Assembly: GCA_934643825.1 (NCBI GenBank) | Contig: CAKUCW010000003.1 | Span: 19,320 to 83,319 of the forward strand | Direction: 5' to 3' | Length of the DNA: 64,000 bases | Source of the DNA: an uncultured Clostridia bacterium | Lineage (GTDB): Bacteria > Bacillota > Clostridia > Christensenellales > Aristaeellaceae | Shown: positions 43,783 to 52,455 of the stretch, piece by piece | How the letters are laid out: each line of letters opens with the position of its first letter | Position numbering within the stretch: position 1 is the stretch's first letter | Made by a program: the position numbers and the translations under genes | Notes under the pieces: model-generated | The model's database searches: none | Told to the model about the DNA's origin: nothing | What the model saw: only the letters and a program-made list of their open reading frames with translations

Positions 43783-43787
43783 TCAGC

Positions 43788-44621
43788 TTATTCAAAATAC
43801 CCCAGTGCCTTTTCTTCATCGCCATCGTAAAGCACGCGCATCAGCGCCAGACCGCAAGCGGGCGCGGTCTGCCCGAGAGCCAGACGGTCTCCGGTTTCAA
43901 TGGCTTTTGCAATACAGCCCATCTCACGTTTACCCATACCGACTTCCATCAGCGTGCCGGCGATGATGCGAACCATATTATACAGGAATCCATCGCCCAG
44001 CACCGTCAGCACAACATCGTCGCCGCATCGCCTGACCTGTGCGCGATAAAGGGTGCGTACCGTGCTTTTTGCAACGCTTCCGCTGGCGGCAAATGCCGCA
44101 AAATCGTGCTTTCCGCAAAGGCTCTGCGCCTCTGCGTCCATCTTTTCGGCATCCATGAGAACCGGCACATGCGCCTTATACTGTCTGCCGATGGCGCACA
44201 TCTGCCGCTGGTTATAAAACGTATAGCGATAAACCTTTCCGCAGGCGGAAAAACGGGCATGAAAGCCATCCGGCGCCGCCGCGCTCTCCCGGATCCGGAT
44301 ATCGGGCGGGAGCATGGTATTCAGCGCAAAGCTCACCTTATCCGGCGGAATGCGGCTCGCGCTGTCAAAATGAGCGCAAAGCCCGAAGGCATGAACGCCC
44401 GCATCCGTTCGGCTCGACCCTGTGACGGCAATCTTCTCCCCCGTCAGCCGGGAAAGCGCCTCCTCCAGCGTCTGCTGAACGCTCGGGCCGTTGATCTGCC
44501 TCTGCCAGCCGCTGTACGCCGTGCCGTCATATTCGACAACGAGCTTAAAACGCCGCTGTTCCTCGGGCGGATGATCCGCAGGGCTGGGAATGTGGTGGCT
44601 TTGCAGCTTAAACTCAGCCAA
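43788..44621 (-). CDS. truA: tRNA pseudouridine(38-40) synthase TruA
   Basis: FKLVVEYDGTAYSGWQRQ...GSSRTDAGVHA (catalytic Asp). The start is uncertain: I favour TTG 44621 after GGAGGG, while the track gives 44651. Confidence 0.85.
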   Translation of the reverse strand: MAEFKLQSHHIPSPADHPPEEQRRFKLVVEYDGTAYSGWQRQINGPSVQQTLEEALSRLTGEKIAVTGSSRTDAGVHAFGLCAHFDSASRIPPDKVSFALNTMLPPDIRIRESAAAPDGFHARFSACGKVYRYTFYNQRQMCAIGRQYKAHVPVLMDAEKMDAEAQSLCGKHDFAAFAASGSVAKSTVRTLYRAQVRRCGDDVVLTVLGDGFLYNMVRIIAGTLMEVGMGKREMGCIAKAIETGDRLALGQTAPACGLALMRVLYDGDEEKALGYFE

Positions 44622-45420
44622 GGAGTCTGCCCTCCGCAAAGATAACGGCAAGGAACGCCGCCATCGCCATCGCGCCGAACAGATCCAGCTTCGTATACTT
44701 CAGCTCGCGCAGGCGCGTGCGGTGGTCGCCGCCGTGGTAGCAGCGGGCTTCCATCGCCATCGCCAGCTCATTGGCGCGGCGGAAGGAGCTGACAAACAGC
44801 GGCACAAGCAGCGGAATCATCGCCTTGGCGCGGGCAATGAGGTTGCCGCTCTCAAAATCCGCACCGCGTGCCATCTGCGCCTTCTGAATCTTATCGGTTT
44901 CTTCCAGCAGCGTCGGGATGAAGCGCAGCGCGATGGTCATCATCATCGCCAGCTCATGCGCCGGGAAATGAATCTTCTCCAGCGGATGCATGATGCGTTC
45001 CAAGCCGTCGGTCAGCTGCACCGGGCTGGTCGTCAGTGTCAGCACAGACGTGCCCATGACCAGGAACACCAGTCTGAGCGCAAAGAAAACCGCGTTATGC
45101 AGCGCTTCCCGCGTCAGGGTGAAAAAGCCGAGCGTAAACAACGGCGTTTCGCCCTGCACAAAGAACAGGTTCAGCACAAATGTAAAGATGATGATGAACC
45201 GAAGGGGCTTGATGCCCTTGAGCAGATAAGAAAACTTGATGCCCGAAATGCGCACCACGATATACAAAAACAGCAGCGCGATGGCATAGCCCGGCAGATT
45301 GCCCACGCAGAACACGCCGACGATATACAAAATCGTCAGGATGAGCTTCATGCGCGGGTCCATGCGATGGATGGCGGAATCTCCGGGGAAATACTGTCCC
45401 AGCGTGATATCGTTAAGCAT
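44614..45420 (-). CDS. ecfT: ECF transporter transmembrane (T) component EcfT
   Basis: The internal start MLNDITLGQYFPGDSAIHRMDPRMK follows GGAGG. The conserved ...ARGADFESG... motif (Ala-Arg-Gly) is present. 268 aa. Confidence 0.85.
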   Translation of the reverse strand: MLNDITLGQYFPGDSAIHRMDPRMKLILTILYIVGVFCVGNLPGYAIALLFLYIVVRISGIKFSYLLKGIKPLRFIIIFTFVLNLFFVQGETPLFTLGFFTLTREALHNAVFFALRLVFLVMGTSVLTLTTSPVQLTDGLERIMHPLEKIHFPAHELAMMMTIALRFIPTLLEETDKIQKAQMARGADFESGNLIARAKAMIPLLVPLFVSSFRRANELAMAMEARCYHGGDHRTRLRELKYTKLDLFGAMAMAAFLAVIFAEGRLLG

Positions 45421-46279
45421 GGCGACCTCCCTTTCCGATGGCGGCTTCAACCGCTGCGCGGACTTCATCCATCCGGTAAATGCCTTCCGGAATGTCGAAT
45501 CCCTTTTCGCGGAGTTTCTGCGCCAGCTCGACCGCCTGCGGCACATCCAGACCGATGGCACGCAGTTCCTCGCCCTTCGCGAAGACCTCGCGGGGCGTTC
45601 CATCCATGACGACGCTGCCGTGATTCATGACGATGACGCGCTCAGCCAGCGCCGCCACGTCATCCATCGAGTGGCTTACCATGACGATGGTCGCGCCGGA
45701 TTCCCGGTGCAGGTCGCTGATCAGCCCGAGAATTTCTTCCCTGCCTCGCGGGTCAAGCCCGGCGCACGGCTCATCCAGCACGAGCGTCTGCGGCTCCATC
45801 GCCAGCACGCCCGCAATCGCGACGCGGCGCATCTGTCCGCCCGAAAGCTCAAACACGGAACGCTCGGCAATCTGATCGTAATCCAGCGCAACGCGGCGCA
45901 TCGCCGTGCGCACGCGGCGGTCGATCTCCGCCTCGTCCAGCCCCAGATTCTTCGGTCCGAAGGCGATATCCTTCTCAACCGTTTCTTCAAACAGCTGGTT
46001 TTCCGGATACTGGAAGACCAGACCGACGCGGCGGCGAATGGCACGCCTGTCCGTATTCTTATCCGCCAGATCCAGCCCATCGACCAGAACGCGTCCGCTC
46101 GAAGGCATGATCAGTCCGTTCAGATGCTGCACAAGGGTGGATTTTCCGCTGCCGGTATGACCGATCAGACCGATGAACTCGCCGTCGTTGATCGTCAGGG
46201 ACACGTCATTCAGCGCCTTCGTTTCATACGGACCGCCCTGCATGTATACATAGTTCAAATGCTCGATGACAATCGACAT
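45413..46279 (-). CDS. ecfA2: ECF transporter ATPase EcfA2
   Basis: GHTGSGKST, LSGGQMRRVAIAG, LVLDEP. It has the characteristic EcfA C-terminal helical extension. Confidence 0.9.
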   Translation of the reverse strand: MSIVIEHLNYVYMQGGPYETKALNDVSLTINDGEFIGLIGHTGSGKSTLVQHLNGLIMPSSGRVLVDGLDLADKNTDRRAIRRRVGLVFQYPENQLFEETVEKDIAFGPKNLGLDEAEIDRRVRTAMRRVALDYDQIAERSVFELSGGQMRRVAIAGVLAMEPQTLVLDEPCAGLDPRGREEILGLISDLHRESGATIVMVSHSMDDVAALAERVIVMNHGSVVMDGTPREVFAKGEELRAIGLDVPQAVELAQKLREKGFDIPEGIYRMDEVRAAVEAAIGKGGRHA

Positions 46280-47106
46280 ACTTCCTCCACCATCTCGTCC
46301 ACAGTCAGCACATCCGCCCGCACGTCCACGCCGTCCGCACGCAGCATATGCGCCAGATCCGTCATCGGCGGTACGTCAAGCCCCAGTGCGCGAACCTGAT
46401 CCACCTTGGTGAAAACCTCACGCGGCGTTCCGCTCATGGCAATCCTGCCCTCGTCCATGACGATCATATAATCGGCGGTCGCGGCTTCGCTCATGTAGTG
46501 GGTAATGATGACGACGCTGATGCCCTCTTCCCGGTTGAGCCTGTGAACCGTATTCATGACCTCGCGCCGTCCGCTCGGGTCAAGCATAGCGGTCGATTCA
46601 TCCAGAATGATGACATCCGGCTTCATCGCCAGCACGCCCGCGATGGCGACGCGCTGCTTCTGTCCGCCGGAGAGCATGTGCGGCGCTTTCTTGGCGAACT
46701 GGCTCATTTGAACCGCGGCAAGCGCTTCATCGATGCGCACGCGAATCTCCTTGGGCGGCACGCCGTTGTTCTCCAGCCCGAACGCGACATCCTCTTCGAC
46801 GACCGTCGCGACAATCTGGTTATCCGGATTCTGGAAAACCATGCCCGCATGCTGACGGATATCGAAGACGAGATCGTCGTCACGCGTATCCATGCCGACG
46901 ACCCACACCGTGCCCTCCGAAGGCACATACAGCGCGTTGAAGAGCTTGGCAAGCGTCGATTTGCCGCTTCCGTTATGACCGAGTATCGCGAGGAACTCGC
47001 CCTTCTTTACGCGCATGTTCACATGATCCACCGCGTTTTTCTCCGCTTCCGGGTAGGCGTAGCAAAGCTCGCTGGTGATGATGCGGTTATCTTTCAGATT
47101 TGACAC
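46255..47106 (-). CDS. ecfA1: ECF transporter ATPase EcfA1
   Basis: GHNGSGKST, LSGGQKQRVAIAG, IILDES. The start is GTG 47106, 6 nt after GGAGGAA. Confidence 0.9.
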   Translation of the reverse strand: MSNLKDNRIITSELCYAYPEAEKNAVDHVNMRVKKGEFLAILGHNGSGKSTLAKLFNALYVPSEGTVWVVGMDTRDDDLVFDIRQHAGMVFQNPDNQIVATVVEEDVAFGLENNGVPPKEIRVRIDEALAAVQMSQFAKKAPHMLSGGQKQRVAIAGVLAMKPDVIILDESTAMLDPSGRREVMNTVHRLNREEGISVVIITHYMSEAATADYMIVMDEGRIAMSGTPREVFTKVDQVRALGLDVPPMTDLAHMLRADGVDVRADVLTVDEMVEEVCRLSSSI

Positions 47107-47126
47107 TGACCATTCCTCCGTGTACT

Positions 47127-47165
47127 GAAAACAGCGCCCCAAAAACTTCCGTCTTTGGGGCGCTG
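47127..47165 (-). terminator. Riboswitch expression-platform terminator
   Basis: The minus strand reads CAGCGCCCCAAA-GACGGAAGT-TTTGGGGCGCTG followed by TTTTC. It ends about 20 nt before the ecfA1 RBS. Confidence 0.85.
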
Positions 47166-47188
47166 CAAAAGCATAGCAAATAGATGCC

Positions 47189-47302
47189 GTCCTCTTCCAT
47201 CCAGACTATACTGTCGGTTTCGGAATTTCGCCGAATCGAGGGTCACTTGACCCGTCGCGGACTATACCGCCGGTCGGGAATCTCACCCCGCCCTGAAGAC
47301 TC
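47189..47302 (-). promoter_or_regulatory. FMN riboswitch (RFN element) aptamer
   Basis: The minus strand reads GUCUUCAGGGCGGGGUGAGAUUCCCGACCGGCGGUAUAGUCCGCGACGGG...CCGACAGUAUAGUCUGGAUGGAAGAGGAC. This matches the invariant RFN cores and the P1 closure. Confidence 0.92.
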
Positions 47303-47306
47303 ACTG

Positions 47307-47315
47307 ATTATAGCA
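47307..47315 (-). promoter_or_regulatory. Extended -10 promoter (TGcTATAAT) driving the riboswitch leader
   Basis: The minus strand reads ATGCTATAATCAGTGAG, with the aptamer P1 starting 6-7 nt after the -10. Confidence 0.6.
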
Positions 47316-47359
47316 TAAACATGCTGAAAAGGAAAGAGCAAATTTATCCTTCTGCCCGC

Positions 47360-48304
47360 TTACTGGTTGAAGGTGACAACTTCCTCTTCCGGCGGCTGAG
47401 CCGGCTCAACCTTGGTCACATACAGCACGGGTCCGACGCCCTTATACTGTTTGCGCTCCTCCGCCCTGACCTCAGCGGTGATCATCTGCCACGTCTTGGG
47501 CTGGGGAATCGGCTGACCGTTCGCCTTGGCGATAAAGCCGACAAAGCGCACGTCTTCCGCGCAGCAGACCATGCCCATACGACCCGGCACATACTCGTCC
47601 TGGCCGATGTTGCGGCCGCGGTAGATATAGCCCTTGAAGCGAACCGTCTTTCCGTCGTAATCCTCAGGATTTTCGGACGCGTCGAGGTAGAAAATGCCGA
47701 AATGGCGATCCTCAATCTCAATCACGGGCGCATCCATGTCGTAGGGCGGCGGCATGCCCGCGCCGTAATCCTCGCTGGTTCCGTCGTCGTTTTCAAAATA
47801 GAGCGACGCCTGCGGGTTCATGCTGCGCACGTTGCGGTCGCGGATGAGCTGGCGCGTTTCCTCCGTTGCGCGGTTGAAGACGACCATGTCCGCATCGGTG
47901 ATATGCTGAAGCATGCGCTGACCCATGTTTTTGGCATAGAGGTCAAACGTTTCCGCATTCACCGTCGTGATGATCTGGTAGATTTCCAGCACCTTGGGCG
48001 TGCGTCCAATCGCCGCATCCAGATCCCACATGCCGTTCATCTCGATGATCACGCGGTCGGGGTGATGCTTGCGCACGAACGCCCGCAGGGTTTCTTCGTT
48101 ATATTCGTCCTCGTCCTCGATGCACTCCACGACGCTGTGCGTCTTCTTGAGCATATCGGGTTCGTATTCCGTTTCGCCCTCTTCACACTGAATGATGAGC
48201 GTATTCTCATCGCGTGTGAAGCCCGGATCCTGCAATACGCTGGCGATAAAAGAGGTCTTGCCGCTTTCAAGGAAACCGGCAAACATGTAAACCGGAATTG
48301 CCAT
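47360..48304 (-). CDS. G3E/COG0523-related P-loop protein with degenerate metal motif, fused to a DUF1980/YcgQ-like C-terminal domain (CC..D motif)
   Basis: MAIPVYMFAGFLESGKTSF is the P-loop, and IIQCEEGE replaces the GCICC motif. The C-terminus ...GRMGMVCCAEDVRFVGF resembles the TIGR03943/DUF1980 domain (from memory). Confidence 0.7.
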   Translation of the reverse strand: MAIPVYMFAGFLESGKTSFIASVLQDPGFTRDENTLIIQCEEGETEYEPDMLKKTHSVVECIEDEDEYNEETLRAFVRKHHPDRVIIEMNGMWDLDAAIGRTPKVLEIYQIITTVNAETFDLYAKNMGQRMLQHITDADMVVFNRATEETRQLIRDRNVRSMNPQASLYFENDDGTSEDYGAGMPPPYDMDAPVIEIEDRHFGIFYLDASENPEDYDGKTVRFKGYIYRGRNIGQDEYVPGRMGMVCCAEDVRFVGFIAKANGQPIPQPKTWQMITAEVRAEERKQYKGVGPVLYVTKVEPAQPPEEEVVTFNQ

Positions 48305-48317
48305 TTTGTTCCTCCGA

Positions 48318-49532
48318 TCAGGCGACGCCGAACAGCTGCGCCAGCTTCTCATCCGCCAGCTTGCTGCCGATTACGCACAGGCGGCCGGTGTAGTCCGCCG
48401 GACCCTTGCGGATATTCTGCTCGCCCGGGGTGTAGTCAAAGTGGATCCAGCCGCCGTCCGCGCAGGGCACGATGCCCTTCGCACGCAGAACCATGCCGTA
48501 CTCGCCGTCATCCAGCTTCGCCAGCATGACAGACAGCTCGTTCTCGCCAAACACGCGAACCGTTTCAACGCCCCAAGAGGTAAACACCTCATCGGCGTCA
48601 TGTCCGTGATGATGGTGATGATGACCGCAGCTGCAAACGCCGTTCTCATCATAGTGATGATGATGCTCATGCTCATCATGCTCGTCATGGTCATGATGAT
48701 GCTCGTGCTCATGTTCATCCTCATCCTCGTCATGATGGTGATGATGCTCATCCTCATCCTCGTCATGATCGTCGTGGGCATGATGGTGATGATGCTCATG
48801 CTCATCCTCATCCTCATCTTCGTCATGATCATCGTGGTCATGATGATGGTGATGGTGGCAGCACTCGTCCTCATCCTCGTCCTCGTCGCCATGCTCAGCC
48901 ATGACGACCGCCAGCATATCCTGCGCAAGGTTATGGTCGTCCTGCATCGCGGAGAGGATGGTCTCGCCGCTGATTTCATCCCACGGCGTGGTGATGATAC
49001 GCGCCTTCGCGTTATGCTCACGCAGGAGCGCAACGACCGCCTCCAGCTTCTCCTGGCTCATGCCCTGCGTGCGGGAGAGCAGGATCGTGCCGGCGTATTC
49101 AATCTGGTTGAGGAAGAACTCGCCGAAGTTCTTGACATACATGCGGCACTTGCCCGCGTCCGCGACAGTCACGAAGCTGCCCATGCAGGCTTCCGGAATA
49201 TCCTTCTCCACGCCTTCGACCGCACGGATGACGTCGGAAAGCTTGCCGACTCCGCTCGGCTCGATGAGGATGCGGTCCGGATGATACTGGTCGATGACCT
49301 GACGGAGTGCCTTGCCGAAATCGCCGACCAGCGAGCAGCAGATGCAGCCGGAGTTCATTTCCGTCACCTGAATGCCGGCTTCCTTCATGAAGCCGCCATC
49401 GATACCGATCTCGCCGAATTCATTTTCAATCAGAACAACTTTCTCGCCGGAAAGCGCCTCTTTAAGCAGTTTCTTGATGAGCGTGGTCTTGCCAGCGCCA
49501 AGGAAACCGGAAAAAATATCAATTTTCGTCAT
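48318..49532 (-). CDS. COG0523 (CobW/ZigA/YeiR-type) metallochaperone GTPase with a roughly 100-aa His/Asp/Glu-rich insertion
   Basis: GFLGAGKTTLIKKLL (P-loop), SGCICCSL (CxCC motif), then HGDEDEDEDECCHHHHHHDHDDHDEDEDEDEHEHHHHH...GHHHHHHGHD before the CobW_C-like domain. Confidence 0.85.
   Translation of the reverse strand: MTKIDIFSGFLGAGKTTLIKKLLKEALSGEKVVLIENEFGEIGIDGGFMKEAGIQVTEMNSGCICCSLVGDFGKALRQVIDQYHPDRILIEPSGVGKLSDVIRAVEGVEKDIPEACMGSFVTVADAGKCRMYVKNFGEFFLNQIEYAGTILLSRTQGMSQEKLEAVVALLREHNAKARIITTPWDEISGETILSAMQDDHNLAQDMLAVVMAEHGDEDEDEDECCHHHHHHDHDDHDEDEDEDEHEHHHHHAHDDHDEDEDEHHHHHDEDEDEHEHEHHHDHDEHDEHEHHHHYDENGVCSCGHHHHHHGHDADEVFTSWGVETVRVFGENELSVMLAKLDDGEYGMVLRAKGIVPCADGGWIHFDYTPGEQNIRKGPADYTGRLCVIGSKLADEKLAQLFGVA
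48603..48900 (-). repeat. Low-complexity CAT/GAT/GAG-rich DNA encoding the His/Asp/Glu tract
   Basis: Runs of catgatgatg and catcctcatcctcgtc. Long spurious ORFs appear in other frames of this tract. Confidence 0.8.
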
Positions 49533-49684
49533 ACAGAGCATCTCCTTATGGGGTTACGATTGGGTAACGTTATGTTGTGGCATCGCGCAGCGGATCGTTC
49601 TTTTGCCGCAGCCCGATTCCAAACGCATATTGTACACCGTTTTTCGGGAAAAAACAAGGATTTCGGAAGAAAAAACAAGGTTGG

Positions 49685-50857
49685 TCAAATTCGGGCGACT
49701 CCGGTCTCTTTCGCCGCTTTCGCAACGGCAGCGGCAACCGCCGCGCCGACGCGCCGGTCAAACGCCTTGGGGATGATATAATCCGCGCTCAGCTCTTCGT
49801 CGGAAACCAGTCCCGCGATGGCATAGCTCGCCGCAACCTTCATCGCCTCGTTGATATCCTTGGCGCGGCAGTCGAGCGCACCGCGGAAAATGCCCGGGAA
49901 CGCCAGCACGTTGTTGATTTGGTTCTTGTAGTCGCTGCGTCCGCTGCCCACGACAACCGCGCCCGCCGCCAGCGCCTCATCCGGATGAATTTCCGGAACG
50001 GGATTCGCCATCGGGAACACGCACGCGCCCGGATTCATGCTCGCCACCATTTCTTTGGAAACGACGCCCGGAGCGCTCACGCCGATGAACACGTCCGCGC
50101 CGCGCATGGCATCCGCCAGCGTGCCGGTGATGTGGCGCGGATTGGTGATGCGGCTCATTTCCTCATGCGCCGGGTTCAGCCCCTCCATGCCCTCGCAAAT
50201 GATGCCGAAGCGGTCAACCATGACCAGATCCTTCACGCCGAGGTTCATCAGGTGCTTGCCGATGGCAACGCCGGCGCTGCCCGCGCCGTTGATCACGACA
50301 CGCGCCGTTTCCATCGTCTTTCCGACAACCTTCAGCGCATTGATCAGCGCCGCCGCAACGACGACCGCCGTGCCATGCTGGTCATCGTGGAAAACCGGGA
50401 TATCGCACAGTTCCTTCAGCCTGCGCTCGACCTCGAAGCAGCGCGGCGCGGCAATGTCTTCCAAATTGATGCCGCCAAAGCTGCCGGAGATGAGGTAGAT
50501 GGTGCGCACAAGCTCATCGACATCCTGCGTGCGCACGCAGAGCGGGAACGCATCGACGCCCGCAAACTCCTTGAACAGCACGCACTTTCCTTCCATAACG
50601 GGCATGCCGGCTTCCGGGCCGATATCGCCCAGACCGAGGATCGCGGAACCATCCGTGATCACGGCGACCATGTTGGCGCGGCGGGTCAGCAAAAAGCTCT
50701 TGTCATAATCATCCCGAATCGCCAGGCAGGGCTCGGCGACGCCCGGCGTATAAGCGAGAGAGAGTTCTTCGCTGTTGGTAACATGAACACGCGGGGCAAT
50801 TTCCAGCTTGCCCTTCCACTCATAGTGCTTTTTCAACGCTTCCTGCTTGATATCCAT
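49685..50857 (-). CDS. NAD(P)-dependent malic enzyme (short form)
   Basis: The internal start MDIKQEALKKH follows AAGGAG. LSLAYTPGVAEPC...VAVITDGSAILGLGDIGPEAGMPVMEGK is the malic enzyme signature. Confidence 0.9.
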   Translation of the reverse strand: MDIKQEALKKHYEWKGKLEIAPRVHVTNSEELSLAYTPGVAEPCLAIRDDYDKSFLLTRRANMVAVITDGSAILGLGDIGPEAGMPVMEGKCVLFKEFAGVDAFPLCVRTQDVDELVRTIYLISGSFGGINLEDIAAPRCFEVERRLKELCDIPVFHDDQHGTAVVVAAALINALKVVGKTMETARVVINGAGSAGVAIGKHLMNLGVKDLVMVDRFGIICEGMEGLNPAHEEMSRITNPRHITGTLADAMRGADVFIGVSAPGVVSKEMVASMNPGACVFPMANPVPEIHPDEALAAGAVVVGSGRSDYKNQINNVLAFPGIFRGALDCRAKDINEAMKVAASYAIAGLVSDEELSADYIIPKAFDRRVGAAVAAAVAKAAKETGVARI

Positions 50858-51008
50858 TGCTAACTCCTTTTCCTCGGGGCTGTGCCCCAAACATTCCCAA
50901 TTCCCGTCCATCATACTTGAAATGCCGCAAAATTTCAATCCCATCAGGCAGGAAAAAGCGCATGAAAATCGAAAACAATGTCTGATATCGATTTTCGTGG
51001 AGGTTGAT

Positions 51009-51254
51009 ATGAAACTCACTCGTCAGCAGGTGCTTGACCTGCTTATCCGCGCTCAACAAAGCGGACATCTGCCTGATGACGGCGTCACTTCTCTGTTCGT
51101 CAGCCAGAGCCGCGGCAAGCCCGTTCAGCTTGCCGTCACCGTTTCCGGCGAAAAGATCAGCGTGCGCCAGAGCAGGATTCCGTTTTCCAGACCAATGGTC
51201 TTTTCTTTATCCGAACTGAATCAAAACGTATCATTTCGAGAGGAGAATCTTTAA
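51009..51254 (+). CDS. Small hypothetical protein (81 aa)
   Basis: The ATG lies 6 nt after GGAGG, and the stop abuts the ADH RBS and start. I recognise no family. Confidence 0.4.
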   Translation: MKLTRQQVLDLLIRAQQSGHLPDDGVTSLFVSQSRGKPVQLAVTVSGEKISVRQSRIPFSRPMVFSLSELNQNVSFREENL

Positions 51255-51255
51255 A

Positions 51256-52437
51256 ATGAGCAATTTCAGTTACTATACCCCGACCCACGTCTATTTTGGG
51301 CGCGGAACGCAGAATCAGGTCGGTGAGCTTGTCCGCGCTCAGGGCTGCAAGAAGGTTCTGATCCATTACGGCGGACAGAGCGCACGCCGCAGCGGTCTGC
51401 TCGATCAGGTTGAGGCGTCGCTGGACGCGGCAGGCGTTGCGCATGTTCAGCTCGGCGGCGTCGTGCCGAATCCGCATCTGTCCCTTGTCTACGAGGGCAT
51501 CGAGCTTTGCCGCAAGGAAGGCGTCGATTTCATCCTTGCCGTCGGCGGCGGAAGCGTCATTGACTCGGCAAAGGCGATCGGCTACGGCATGTGCATGGAC
51601 GGCGACGTCTGGGAGCTGTATAACCACACGCGCCGCGCCACCGGCTGCCTGCCGATCGGCGTTATCCTGACCATCGCCGCTTCCGGAAGCGAGATGAGCG
51701 ACTCCTCCGTCATCACCAAGGAAGAGGGCGGCATCAAGCGCGGCTATAACGACGACATCTGCCGCCCGAAGTTCGCCATCATGAACCCGGAATTGACCAT
51801 GACCCTGCCGGATTACCAGACGGCATGCGGCTGCACGGATATCCTGATGCACACGCTGGAGCGCTATTTTGTGCAGGGCGACGCCATGGAAATCACGGAC
51901 AGCATCGCCGAAGCGCTGATGCGCACGGTGATGGAGCAGGCGAAGATTCTGCGCGACGACCCGAAGAACTACGACGCACGTGCCGAAGTCATGTGGGCGG
52001 GCAGCCTTTCGCACAACGGCTTGACCGGATGCGGACATGACGGAAGCGACTTTGCTTCCCATCGCCTCGAGCATGAAATGGGCGGCATGTTCGACGTTGC
52101 GCACGGCGCGGGTCTGGCGGCAATCTGGGGAAGCTGGGCGCGTTATGTCTATCAAAACTGCATGCCGCGTTTCGTCCGCTTTGCCCGGAACGTCATGGGC
52201 GTTGATGCCGTGCTTTCCGATGACGCGGCGGCTCTGCGCGGCATCGAGCTGATGGAGGATTTCTTCCGCTCGATTCATATGCCGACCTGCTTCAGCGAGC
52301 TGGGCATTCATCCGACGCAGGCGCAGCTTGAGGAAATGGCGCATAAGTGCCGCATTGCCGTCGGCGGTCTGCTCGGTTCGGCAAAGAAGCTCGATGAGAG
52401 CGACATGCTCGCCATCTACAAGCTGGCAAACCACTGA
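51256..52437 (+). CDS. Iron-containing alcohol dehydrogenase (butanol dehydrogenase/YqhD-like)
   Basis: 393 aa. FGRGTQNQVGELV...ILAVGGGSVIDSAKAI...H.LEH......HG is the Fe-ADH pattern. Confidence 0.9.
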   Translation: MSNFSYYTPTHVYFGRGTQNQVGELVRAQGCKKVLIHYGGQSARRSGLLDQVEASLDAAGVAHVQLGGVVPNPHLSLVYEGIELCRKEGVDFILAVGGGSVIDSAKAIGYGMCMDGDVWELYNHTRRATGCLPIGVILTIAASGSEMSDSSVITKEEGGIKRGYNDDICRPKFAIMNPELTMTLPDYQTACGCTDILMHTLERYFVQGDAMEITDSIAEALMRTVMEQAKILRDDPKNYDARAEVMWAGSLSHNGLTGCGHDGSDFASHRLEHEMGGMFDVAHGAGLAAIWGSWARYVYQNCMPRFVRFARNVMGVDAVLSDDAAALRGIELMEDFFRSIHMPTCFSELGIHPTQAQLEEMAHKCRIAVGGLLGSAKKLDESDMLAIYKLANH

Positions 52438-52455
52438 CAGAAGCATTAAAAATTC

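Noticed and set aside
48306-49781. Plus-strand 491-aa ORF, and the minus-strand alternative-frame 220-aa ORF (48371..49033), across the His-rich tract.
   Set aside because: - Both are artefacts of the CAT/GAT/GAG low-complexity DNA. Their translations are poly-M/V/I/L or M/T/R/S strings.
- The COG0523 frame has P-loop and CxCC motifs.
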